Shown: positions 1 through 14,338 of the stretch, piece by piece
How the letters are laid out: each line of letters opens with the position of its first letter
Numbering within the stretch: the stretch's first letter is position 1
Assembly (NCBI GenBank): GCA_964188305.1
Contig: OZ076897.1
Direction: 5' to 3' (one strand)
DNA from: Podarcis bocagei
Lineage: Eukaryota
DNA length: 64,000 nucleotides
The notes under the pieces: generated by a model
The model's input: the letters and a program-made list of their open reading frames with translations, nothing else
Told to the model about the DNA's origin: nothing
The model's database searches: none
Program-made: the position numbers and the translations under genes

Positions 1-3000
1 TAAAAAGAACGGTGGTGCCAAGAATAGTAATGTAGTGGTATTTGGTGGGGGGTGGGAGTGTCAGACTCTGTACCCAAAAGCAAGCCCGAGCCCGAAGATT
101 GCGATCTCCCAAGAAAGAATGCAGCAATTCAGACATTTACTTGCAACGATGTCGCTGAATCTTGCTAAATGTGGCAAGGAGCGGGAGGTCGCAGATGATA
201 CGGATGGGGGGGGGGAGGTTAAGGCGTTTCAAAAGGAAAAGCAGAGCTAATGCTCTCCCATCTCTGTGAGAGAGGCAGATAGAGCGAGAGGGATCCCTGG
301 CTCTTGCTGCCCGAAATAAATGGATTTGCCCGTGCTGAGCAGGAGCCGACGACCACCTGAGGCCGCTGAGCAGGTCCGGATTCTTTTGCGAGGGGGCGCG
401 CAGTGAAGCCTGCTTTATTCTCTCTCCCCCCCCCCCGCCCATGTCCACCTCCCCCGCTCCTTTCTCTGTAGACTAACGCTGGGGATCCTTCAGCGTTTCA
501 ATCCCTCACTGACATGTCCGTGCAGAGGCATTAACATTATTGATTGCTAATGGGGGAAATCCAAAGTTTCTTTGTGAGCGCCCAACCCGAGCACATGTTG
601 GGCGCCGCCGCGCGCAGACCCGGGAGCTGAAAGGCAGAGCGGCGCTTGGGCGCATCTCGCCCTCAAAGCGCCAGGATCGCCTCGGCCCAGCGGCGCCCGC
701 TTGCCAGATCAATACCTGTCCCCGGGGCGGAGAGAGACCGCCAGTTTTCTGCAAAACTCACCTAGCTCCTTTTTTTTTTTTTTTAAAGCCACATAATCGA
801 CCCCGCGGTATTGTATCCTCCTGACCAGGACCTTCCATGGGGGAAGTTGGTGATTCAGTTGCCTTGAATAGCTACTCCTGTGTGTGGGCGAGATGATAGA
901 TAAGATATGGAATGGGGGTGGGGAGATAATCAGATGCGGGTACAAATAATTCAGATCATCTGAATATTATCTAATATTATCTGCTCCCTTACACTCCGGC
1001 TACACTGCAAGAGAGACCAACAACTTGTGAAAGATATCAAGCGTGGAAAGGAACTCCCAAGCGCTTGGCTTCCATTGAAAGTCGCCTCACTTCAAGATCC
1101 CGGGCTCCTCTTTTTCCCCACCCAAGCCAAAGAGTTTATGATCGGGTTGTTGGCTTAGAACACCGCTAGAAGCAACATGCAAAGCGAACTACTAACTACA
1201 GTCCAGTCAGATGAGTCAAAAGGACATTTCAGGCAGCTTTAGACCTTGATCGAAACTAAATACTTAGATTTTCAGGTCTAGTCCTGGACTGGGCTGCAAT
1301 ACAGTAGTGGTGGGTTTTTTGTGTGTGTGGGTTGCTTGGAATGGTATTACCTGTATTTACAGGTCAGCAGTTTACACAGTTAATAGCAGGCTTAATGTGA
1401 GGTGGAAAAGATCTGCGATTGCTTTGGTAATTCAATCATATAAGTACAAGGTGAGCGTTTTGGTGTCTAGGAAGAAAAAAAGTCAAAAAGGCCAGTAGTG
1501 TTTTAGAGGTGAATTTGTTTTTTGTTTTTGTTTTTGTTTTTGTTTTTTGCATGGATCTATTGATGTTTTTATTCTAATTCCTCCATTGGAAATCTCTGCT
1601 CCTAACACATGAAAGCTCATGCCGGTTACTTAGTAAAGAGCCACGTCGTTTTTGTTGTTGTTGCTAAAGTATGGAGGCATCTTCCTTCTGTGAAACTGCA
1701 GTATGCAGATCTTCCTGGGTTCAAGGGAACTTCTTTTCAAAACAGGCTCAATCAATCAATTCATGTTTTAAGGGGAGAATAAAGGCCCTTCTTTATATTG
1801 TATACTCAGATCTCTTATCTGATGCAAACAGTCTATCATCCCCAGTGACCTAGGGAGTCAAATATAGTGGGCTGCTTTTCCACTTTGCTCCAAGATTTTT
1901 GCGGCACCAACACGTGCTCCGTTCCGGGTACACAAAGCAAGTTTAGAATTTCCCCCTCCCCTCTTAGCAGTCAATAATGTTAATGTCCCGCTATCTCCAT
2001 TGGAGACAACTTAAAAGCATTTCTCATAAGGAAATGGTCAGTTTCAAGTTGTCCAAGGCAAACCTGGTGAGGTTTGTAAAATACTCCGTAACGTTAAACT
2101 GCATATTCCCATAATTTGTAATGGCTAAAGCTGTCTAAGAAACAGGGGTGATTTATTTTTTATTTTTGTACATTTACCCGAATGAGAACTAGACTTGGCC
2201 TCATGAATACAGGGCTGGTTTGAGTACCACTGACCACTTAATGAGATCTTAATAACATGAAGCCAATTTGTTCAAATACTATCTATGCTCTATAGATTAT
2301 CATTGAACAACGCATCCTACAGAAGAATCTTGTGCAATATGAAAGGGTGCTACTCTTCTATAGTAGGGTAGGAAAAAACCTACATGGTAAGTTATGTTGG
2401 GTCCTATCTGTCTTTCTGATCCTCTGATCTTACATTTACTTGGAAACAAGGCTCATCAGGGTTGCTTACCTCCAAACAGGGGAGAAGCGGATTGCAGCAC
2501 AGAAGGAGAAGTCCTTATGAGATTCCTGAAACTGGGATTTCCCCCCTCCCCCCATCTCCCCCTCTCATTGTGATTTAGCCCAGCTAGGTAGTAAGCTTGT
2601 TTATAAGACTAAATGAATGAGGATCTGGCTGAGCGATGCTGACCCTGAGTAAATAAACAGCATTCACATTTATGGTGGGGTGGTTTTTTGTGTGTGTTTT
2701 TGTTAAGTTGCAAATATTTCTAGCAAAACTGGGATGTCATAAGGGGCCCTCACCGGTCTGTGACACAGAAAACCCTTAAGATTCTCTCTTTTACACACGC
2801 GCGCACACGATTTACAACGATGCTGAGTGGCCTGGATAGAATTCGCCGTAGAGGTAGCAGCGGTGACGGTGCTGTTCCCCCACCGGTTTTGCTGGGGGGA
2901 GAGAGAGAAGGAAAACGAAAGGGACGGCTGTTTGAAATGCAAAGGGAGGGGGGATGTGAACTGACCCGAGCGACAGTTTAAATGGGATGGTTTATCTCTC

Positions 3001-3805
3001 CAGTATTTCTGAGCAGCGCTTTCCCAACTGGCTTGTGGGGGCAGATCTTTCGCCCTGAGCCGGGGAAGAGCAGTTGCACTGGAAACGAAATGCAGCTTGA
3101 TGGAAGTATCCTGTTTAGAGGGAAATGGGCTGCGCTGCCTCACAACTCTCCTTGGGGCGTGTTAATAAAAAAAGAAAAGAAAAAGAGGGGACGGGGGAAG
3201 CGGTTTTGTGCGTGTTGCGATCTTTCCACGGCCTGCCTCTCCCATTCGCAGCAGTTGGAAACGGCCGCCGAAGTAAATAACGTGCAGCGTCGGCGTCTTA
3301 ACTTCTTTCCTGCCGCTTTTATCTCAGATCTTGGGGGGGGGGGCAGGCAGAAGATGAGATCTTAACGCTCAGTCTAGTGGGGGGTGAGGCGAGCAAGTGC
3401 CGGTTGCTGCTGCTGCCGCCGGAGGAGTCCGGAAGACAACGAGCGAGTTTGGGCGTTTTGAGGCTCAAGAGGAAAAGCCCCATAAAAGTAGAGGGAGGCA
3501 CGTACATTTCATGGCAATGTGTATTTTGTAATATACAGACACACGTGCGCCGGGAGGGCGGCTGGAATGGCGCGCGGAGTCGGTGGATCTGCTGCTGCTG
3601 CTCCTGCTTTTGAGTCTGCGGGCTTCTCATTTTCCTTTGAAAGCCAGAAATAGTGAAAAGCTCTCACTGGCCGGCAGCTCTTTGGGGCAGGAGAGCTTGC
3701 TGTAGTTTTCACGGTACAACCCTCCCCACCCCCCAAAAATAAAATAAATCCTACCCATCTGAGATTCTTTCTCTAAAAACAAAGCCACTTAAACCTTTTT
3801 TTTAA

Positions 3806-3832
3806 ACACACACACACACACACACACACACA
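3806..3832. repeat. (AC)n microsatellite
   Basis: Read directly from the sequence. Confidence 0.95.
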
Positions 3833-5062
3833 AAGTAGAAAGCATAAAAACTAGTTGGCTGAAAGAGCTGAATGCTGGACGGAGATAGCCACGTTTTCCT
3901 CAACGTTTGGCAATTTATTTTCCGTCGTCCCTTTTTTAAAAAAAGTGGCTTGTATTTTGCGATCTCCTGGAGGCGTTCGCCAAAAGCCACGCATGTTTAC
4001 TTGATGGGCGTTTGTTGTTAGCTTTTAACAAAGGAGAGAAATCAAAGACCCTCGTGCATGTTCCCCGCTGCCATTTAAATAATTCTCCGGTTTTCTCTCT
4101 CCCTGAAATGTGCGGTTTCTTTCCTTTAGGGACCCCTGCAATCCTCCGACTCGGAACTTGGAAAAGACGGCCGAGGCCTTGTGGTTATTATTTGTTCTAG
4201 TTTTCTTGTATGTGTGAACTAAGAAACATTTTCAGCCCCGAGAGATTCAGAGCTGTTGCGTGGTTTTGCTCTTGCAAAACGCAGCCTCCTTTTCCCACCA
4301 CCGACGTTGGTCCCGAATTGCTCTGCGGGTCCGATTTTACACCTCAGTCCTAAACACACTGAAGCGGAAGCGGCCTTCCTTGACTACAAGGCAACTTACT
4401 CCAGAGTAAATAGGGTGTGCGCGCGTGCGAGGGCTCACACAGGAAATGTGTGGGACTTACTTCCGAGTAAATGTGGCTTAGCTTGGTGTTAAGTCGTTGC
4501 ATCAAAATGTCTCCTTCAGCAAAGGACTAAAATAGTTGTAACTGAATCTTTTCCAGGAAGCTGCATCAAAGAGCATCTATGGAGTTGCAGAATTGCAAAT
4601 CTGCCCTTAAAATGTGTGTGTCTGGTCCTGCATGGAATCAAGTTCCACGTATTGCATTCCGGGCCTTCCTAAACAAACAGCACCTTTGGAGCGGGAGGGA
4701 AAAAGAAAACTGGGCCCAACCATTTCCTTCCTTGCTTTCGGCTCGGCCATGGCCGATCCCAGCCTTGGCTCTTTAAAACGAGGCGGCCATTTACTGCCCC
4801 CTTATTTCACCACTGACCAGGTTAGCTCATAAAGCTATTCACACGGCACAATGGGGATTTTCTCAACAATTAACAAGAAACAACATAATAAAGCCATTGA
4901 CAAAGGCCCGGCTATTTACTAGAAATTAGGCACTCTTTAAGAGACCAGTGCGTAATTTCACACACTTTACAACCTCCCAGTGCATTTTCAAACACCAGAG
5001 TAAACAACCTTGAGTGCACTTTTCGGCTGAAGCTGTCGCCACAACTGGCCAATTGCCTCAAA

Positions 5063-5238
5063 NNNNNNNNNNNNNNNNNNNNNNNNNNNNNNNNNNNNNN
5101 NNNNNNNNNNNNNNNNNNNNNNNNNNNNNNNNNNNNNNNNNNNNNNNNNNNNNNNNNNNNNNNNNNNNNNNNNNNNNNNNNNNNNNNNNNNNNNNNNNNN
5201 NNNNNNNNNNNNNNNNNNNNNNNNNNNNNNNNNNNNNN
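5063..5238. other. Assembly gap
   Basis: Run of N. Confidence 1.
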
Positions 5239-5259
5239 TGGAACAGTTTTAAATTGCAG

Positions 5260-6500
5260 TGGATGGACTCGGAGAGCCGATCCGCTCCAAACACTACAAC
5301 CCCCACCCTTCCCTCTACCACTCTGATCTTCCCCATATTCCTTGCGAGCAGCGCTGCATTTCTCCCCCCATCCAAAGGTGCTTGGGCTCAAGCGGGCCGG
5401 GGAGTCGCCTCTTGTGACACGGAAGCCCAGCTCCCAACTCTGCAGCGGCGAGCTCCGGCCCGGGCCCGTTCCTGGGGAGGGAGAAGGAAGATGGTGCGTG
5501 GAAGGCGGCCTTGCGCCGCCAATCCACCCCGGGCCTGACATTCAGAAGCTCTGCCGAATTCCTCGCGGAGCTTTGCAAGGCAGCAAATCCTTGCGCCCCG
5601 TGGATGTCCCCTATTTATTTGTGCGGCAAGCAGCGCCCTTTCTGTTGGTGCACGAAGAGCAGGCCCGAGGGTACCCATTGGGGAGCCCTCTTCTGAATCC
5701 CCTTCTCGGGAAGGTGGGCGCGACCGAGGGGACCTTCTGTTTCAGGGCGGGCGACCCGGAAAAGGCCGGTGTGGGAGCGAGGCCTAGTCGGGAAGGGGAG
5801 CCGCTTTGGAGCAGCTGGAGAGGCGAGAAGGCGGGAGACGAGAGGAGACAAAAGGGAAAGGGAGAGCGGCCGGTGGAGAGGCCAGGCCCGAGTGGGCGCA
5901 GACCCTCGACTCGGCTTTCCCTCGTCTCCTTCCTGCAAACAGAAAGGCCACCTTGAAGTGGGGCTCCGGGCCGGCCCTTCCACCTCGCCTAAATGAGTCG
6001 GTCCCATGTCGGGGGGAGAGGAAGAGAAAGGCCAGGCGACACCAGGAGAGGCCGGCCGGAGCGAAGCACCACAAGGAGTTTGTTTGCGAGCGCGCAAGAT
6101 GGCGACCAGGAGAGGCCTCCGGCTACCGCTCCTGGCCCACGGAGCTGAGGGGAAACGGCACTCGCCGGCCACCGCCGAGTCCGCCGGTTCAGTTGCAACC
6201 TGCGATGCTCCCGCAGGAAAGCAGGAGAGTCGCTTTCCCGAGGAAGGAGCGGTGAAACTGGGAAGCCAGAGACCCCCGGACTTGGCGCATATGCGCTGCG
6301 CAGGCACTTTCGTCAAAGAGGAAAAGAAGAGCAGGGAAGCGTCGCCGGCTTCCCACCCAAATTCCCAGCCCTGTTTACAAACACAGCTGTTGTCGTAGAT
6401 TTGCAAAGCACCCTAAAAGCCACCAGCCGAGAGAGAAGGTGCAGGCAAAGGAAGGGGGGGGAGAGAGAGAGCAGGGGGACGGAGGGAGGGAGGGAGGTGG
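5260..6500. promoter_or_regulatory. Orphan CpG island downstream of SKIDA1
   Basis: CpG-rich, with a YY1-type CAAGATGGCG at 6095-6104. Confidence 0.65.
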
Positions 6501-9500
6501 TCTCGGCATCTGGAAAGGACAGAGCGCCTTGTTTTTGAAACTGTCAATTCTCTCAACCCCTATTGTGAGAGCTTCATGCAAAACATCTCGGGCCTTTTAA
6601 CGCTGGGGCTTGTGAGGCCGCCTCAGATTGAAAAGGAGAGGGAGAGAAGAGAAGGGAGGGGGAAGCCAGGGCAACGCAAATAATTATATTGGAATAGACA
6701 CACGCACAAACTAACTGCAACATACTGTGTGTGTGTGTGTGTCTATGTAGACATCTGTGTGCGTGCATATATATGTATATTCATACGCGCGCACACATAT
6801 GACAGATATTTGGGAATTGCCCTTCGTTTAGCAAAAATGCGGAGGGGGGAGGTAAAATCCTTGCCTTAGTGAGGGCTAAGAAAAGCCCATGATCCCCCCG
6901 CCCAGTTCCCCCCTCAATCGTATTTTTATTAAACACGCTTGTTGTTGGAATCCCTAGGAGGAGATTTTGCCAGTGCCTGATGTTTGCAAGGGCGATTTAA
7001 CAAGGTAGATTCCCGCTCTTTGTCCTGCTTCTATTGGAAAGGAAAATTGTTCTATAAGCTTCTGCTCTTTAGGAAAGTTTCTGCTACCCCAACGGATTTG
7101 CAGTTAAATCATGAACTTTTTTTTTCTACAACGCAAAGCATCTTAACCGTAAAAAAACCACAGCGAGCAGCACTTCCTGTGTTGTATCTGTTTTTTTCCT
7201 CCAAAAGGCCACTTTTGAGCACAACTCCTCTAAGCAGCTCACACGTGTAAAGTGAAACCAAAACATCGCATTTCTCTTATTTCTGCAGAAACTTAAATTT
7301 ATTGGCAACTAAATCTGATAGAGCATCACCCCCCCTTTGTAAATTGCCAAGGGAATGATTGAACAACAGTCTTCATACAACAGACAGCAGGACTTTCCTT
7401 TATTACTGCATAGTGGTGTTTAGAATAAACAACCAGCAGTGAGATCCCCCCCCCATTTTTATTTTGTATTGCCACTGTAGTTAAGTATGGGTGGACTTAT
7501 AGAGACAATCCCTTTTCAGAGTAAAGGGTTGTAAACTCTGTGTTACATCATTTAAGGCAATATACCTGGTTTTGCTGAAAGGCATTTACACATGTTCCCT
7601 TTTGAATGCTAGATATATAGTCCATCGTTTCCTTTGTCTCCAAGAGCAGGGGGAGAACACTTCTCAACACATTTCTCAATAACATAGCAGCAACTCTGTT
7701 ATATGCTTCATAGATGAATAATATTTGTCGGGGTATTTTTTTTTATTGCCAGATTTTTGTTGTGGTGGTTTGGTTTGGTTTAGTTTAGCCCTAAGAACTG
7801 GAAAGTCTGTAGAGCCATATCAAATGGGAAATAGAATTTCTCTTTCATTTCAGGTTAAATTGAAAAATTATATATGTCCACTGCTGCTTACTAAGAGGTA
7901 TTTTACAGAGAGGACAAAGAGACATTCCTAAACCCAACAATTTGTGCTGAACACCACAAGCCATGTACTCCAAGGCATTCCAGCTAAAGGCAATGGGATT
8001 GCTCTGAAGCAATTTAACTGGGTTATGTATATGGAGTTTGACCATTAGTCATACTCTAATAAGAATCCACTGGACCAGTTGGAATTGTTAATTTGTACAA
8101 AGGAAAATACCTAGCAGAATTGCAGGCCTCCCTCTTTATCCTTGGATCTCCCCCCCCCCACCCTCAAAAAACAAAAACAGCTTTCACTGCCAACCATGAA
8201 GCAATAGGTCTTCCTGTCGGTCTTGAAGTGAGATGGACATGCGCTTATATTTAGGATTTTGGAGTATTATTTGGTGGTTCGGTTTCTCTCCTGCCCCCTG
8301 CCTCCAATGCAATTCTTTGGACAAAACTAGGCTAAAAAGCTACGCCTTATGAAGCCTTTGGCTCAACACTGTTCATTCTGCAGCTTCTGGAAAGTGCAGC
8401 TAGCGAGTAACTCTCTGAAAGCTACAGGGGCTGAGGTGTCAACAAAGCACAATTAAAAATAAAAATAGTGTCTCAGACGTCTGAAAGTACCACAGAGTCA
8501 ACAATGTGGTGCTTCAGTCCCCATCAGGGTTGAAAAACTTCCCCTGTTCTCTCTCTGCCATTTTCTATGGAAGGGCCAAAGTGGTGACGAGCCTGCAGGC
8601 CCCATGGAGTGGAGAAGAGGCCACTTTGGGATGGGCAGAGGCATGTTTGACACAGGGGGTGGGGGTGGAGAGCTCTGGAACTCGGCCTCTAATGGCAGGA
8701 TGATTTTGCCATGAATAATAGTGGAGTGTGGGGGGGAGCATTGGCAAATCACCCCGCAGCTTGCTAAAGAAGCCAGAGTGGGTGCCTGAGGCTGGGAGAC
8801 TTACGCAAACTAAGTATGGCCTTTTGGAGTGACATAAGGCTGTAATTTGTGCAGCTCCAGACACAGACTAGCCTATAGCAACATATCTCCCTCCCCCATT
8901 TTGAGACCATCAGATTTTAACAGAGCAAGTTAAATAAGTAATATACCACCATGACTGATGATTGCAACTGCCTGACCTGACGTGAAAAACGTATGTGTAT
9001 ATCTGTTACGTGTGCATATACACAACACACACACATATATCCTGCAGGTATTTCTTACAAGGAGTGGAAAACCCTTACTCATTTATTTCTCTCTCCATGT
9101 GTTTAAAAAGAAGATCAAATTAGCTAATGTCTGCTTGGAAGATTTGGGGGGGGGCGTTATCACCAGGGGCAGGAATTTAAAGACCTTAAGGAAGAACAAC
9201 AAAACAGGCCAAGGATTTCCATCTTAAAAACATTGGCTCTGAGGCCCAGGGCGAAACATTTCAAATGCTGATTTCTTTTGTGATTTAGTAGAAATCATTA
9301 TGTTGAGATTCTTCTATAGGTGAAATCCTTGAGAATTTGAATTTAGAAAGAGAATCTGTTGGCATATAAATGCTAAATTGGTGAGAAAGAAATTGCCCAG
9401 GAGCTGGCAGTCAATCCCAAAGTGCTGATTCAGCAACTCTGTGTCAATACTTTCTCAGCCTTTAAACTTTCGGCTAAAATCTATTTAGCTTCCCTTCCCT

Positions 9501-9714
9501 GCTGTCTTCCACCAACATGCAACAGCACTGACAACTGCCTCACACTTGTTTGTTTTTATATCACAGTTTTATAAAGAAACAGCAACCAGCCTCTGGAAGC
9601 AGAAGTCCTTCCAATCAAATCCCTACACTTTTCTCACACAGACACAGACATTCCCTCTCGCAGAAGAGTCGGAAACGAGCGAGGAACCCTACATTAAGTA
9701 TAAAATCATCATCG

Positions 9715-11319
9715 CTTTTTTTAAAACAGTGTTTTAATTGAAAATAAAGCTAAAGCATGCTTTTTCCAACAGTGCAAATTTCCATCATTTTGATTTACTG
9801 CTTCCATCATCACAACATATTACACCAGCATGTCTTACCAAAGGCTCGACTCTAGAAGTCTGCCTGCTTCAACTCTGTCGAGGTTTAAGTGCAAATATAG
9901 ACAATTGCCTCTGATTGTCACGTGCAGTAGAAAATGATCCTGCTACAAAGATAGGGTGGTTGGGGAAAGTCCTCTTTTTTTTTCTTTCCAGAGATGTAAA
10001 GAAAACAGTGACAAGTCCTGGTTTAAAAAGCCTGAGTTTAGGTGCCAAAGTAGCCACCAAGAGTATGGGGTTCTTCATTGATAATATCCCTTCCACTGGG
10101 GCCTCTGTTGCACTTAGCATGCTGAATGTGACTGCATTTCCTTCCGATTCCCTCCAATGGGAGTGTGAGAACCTAACATTTTTTCCTGACTTTGCAAATC
10201 TGGGAGGACCAGATTTTGAGAACATCCCCCCTACTACACACACACACCTGCAAACCTTCCAATAGAAACACAGCTCCAACCCAGTCCCACAACAAAACCT
10301 AATGATTGGAAGGCCCCCTCCTTGAGAGTAAAATTTACTGGGAGGCAAATCCCATTGAACGTGGGGTAGAGCAGCTTCCGAGCAAATGTACACTGGTTTG
10401 GCTGGGTTGAGTACTGTAGCCGAGATAGGCAATCGTGGCCAACTTGAAGGGTTCAAGGTGAAATAAGAAGGCAAAGAGTGGCATGTCCTTTTTTAGTCTC
10501 TCTTTTTTCGTCCTAAAAAAATGCCCGACCATCTAATTCCAACTCTCCCACTGGTGACCCGGAGACACACGCACACTCCCAACTGCAGAGTGCAACTTCT
10601 TTTGTGGAAAGGACAGGTGGGGAATTAAAACATAACAATGAACCCTCTGCAATAAAGTAGAAGGCATTCCCAGCAGAAGGATAGTGAATTCTCCCTGTGC
10701 AACCTCTCGCTGAAAACAAAACGAAACAAAAAACCTTGTACGGAACTGAACATTTAGACTTCCTGAATTCGAAATCTAGTGCATTTACACGTTAATGGCT
10801 CATTCGAATTGTTATCATTCAACTTAAAAAAAAAAACATAAACCAAACATTTATTTGTAGCAGTTGGAATTGAGGTACCAGGTGCATTTTGAGACAGTAA
10901 AGTGTTCCAGCTTTAGCAGATTCCACTGAGGTGTTTTTTTGTTTGTTGTGTGGTGTGTGTGTTTTTAATAAACTTGGAAAACTTTCGCCTGAAGTAGTCT
11001 GTGGAATGTTAGACCTCTTTCGTCCTCCTCGTCGTCCCCCTCCCTTCCCCCCACGATGGGTTTTCATGGCAAAGAAAATAGTAATCCGGTTTTATTTTCG
11101 TCGTCCTCCAAAAATAGAATAAACCAGGATTCCCCCACACCATAAAAAAAAAAATCAAAATCAAATCGGATGTGATGAGGGGCGGGACCAGCATCCAGCG
11201 TAAGATTCTCGAAGGTCAGGAAAAGAAGTAGTTGGGGTCCCCCCAAAAAATGAAAACAGACCAACAACACAACAGCAACAACAACGACCATGAAGTAGGG
11301 TTCCCATTCAATCTCTCTC
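9715..11319 (-). other. SKIDA1: Predicted SKIDA1 3' UTR with proximal AATAAA (10855-10850) and distal ATTAAA (9738-9733)
   Basis: Both hexamers are on the minus strand downstream of the stop codon; the proximal one is followed by a GU/U-rich tract. The 3' end is inferred. Confidence 0.6.
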
Positions 11320-14124
<2,805 letters not shown>

Positions 14125-14268
14125 TTATATATATATATATTAAAAAATCCTCAGCCAGGTGCTGGAGCGGGGTCTCAAGGCATCCTGCTGGAGGGAAAAG
14201 AACAAAGCCTGTTATACCCGATCAAACTTTAGGCGGGGGGCGGGGGGCGGGGGGGAGATGTTGGAATC

Positions 14269-14299
14269 AGGAGAGAGAGAGAGAGAGAGAGAAAGAAAG

Positions 14300-14334
<35 letters not shown>

Positions 14335-14338
14335 GGGA
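14269..14338. repeat. (GA)n/(GAAA)n polypurine microsatellite
   Basis: About 70 consecutive purines. Confidence 0.95.

Noticed and set aside
4912-5541. ORFs spanning N runs (also near 17000, 18000 and 24300)
   Set aside because: Their length is an artefact of the assembly gaps.
1-6500. Possible MIR1915/CASC10 orthologue
   Set aside because: Synteny suggests this side of SKIDA1, but I could not recognise the hairpin or the peptide.
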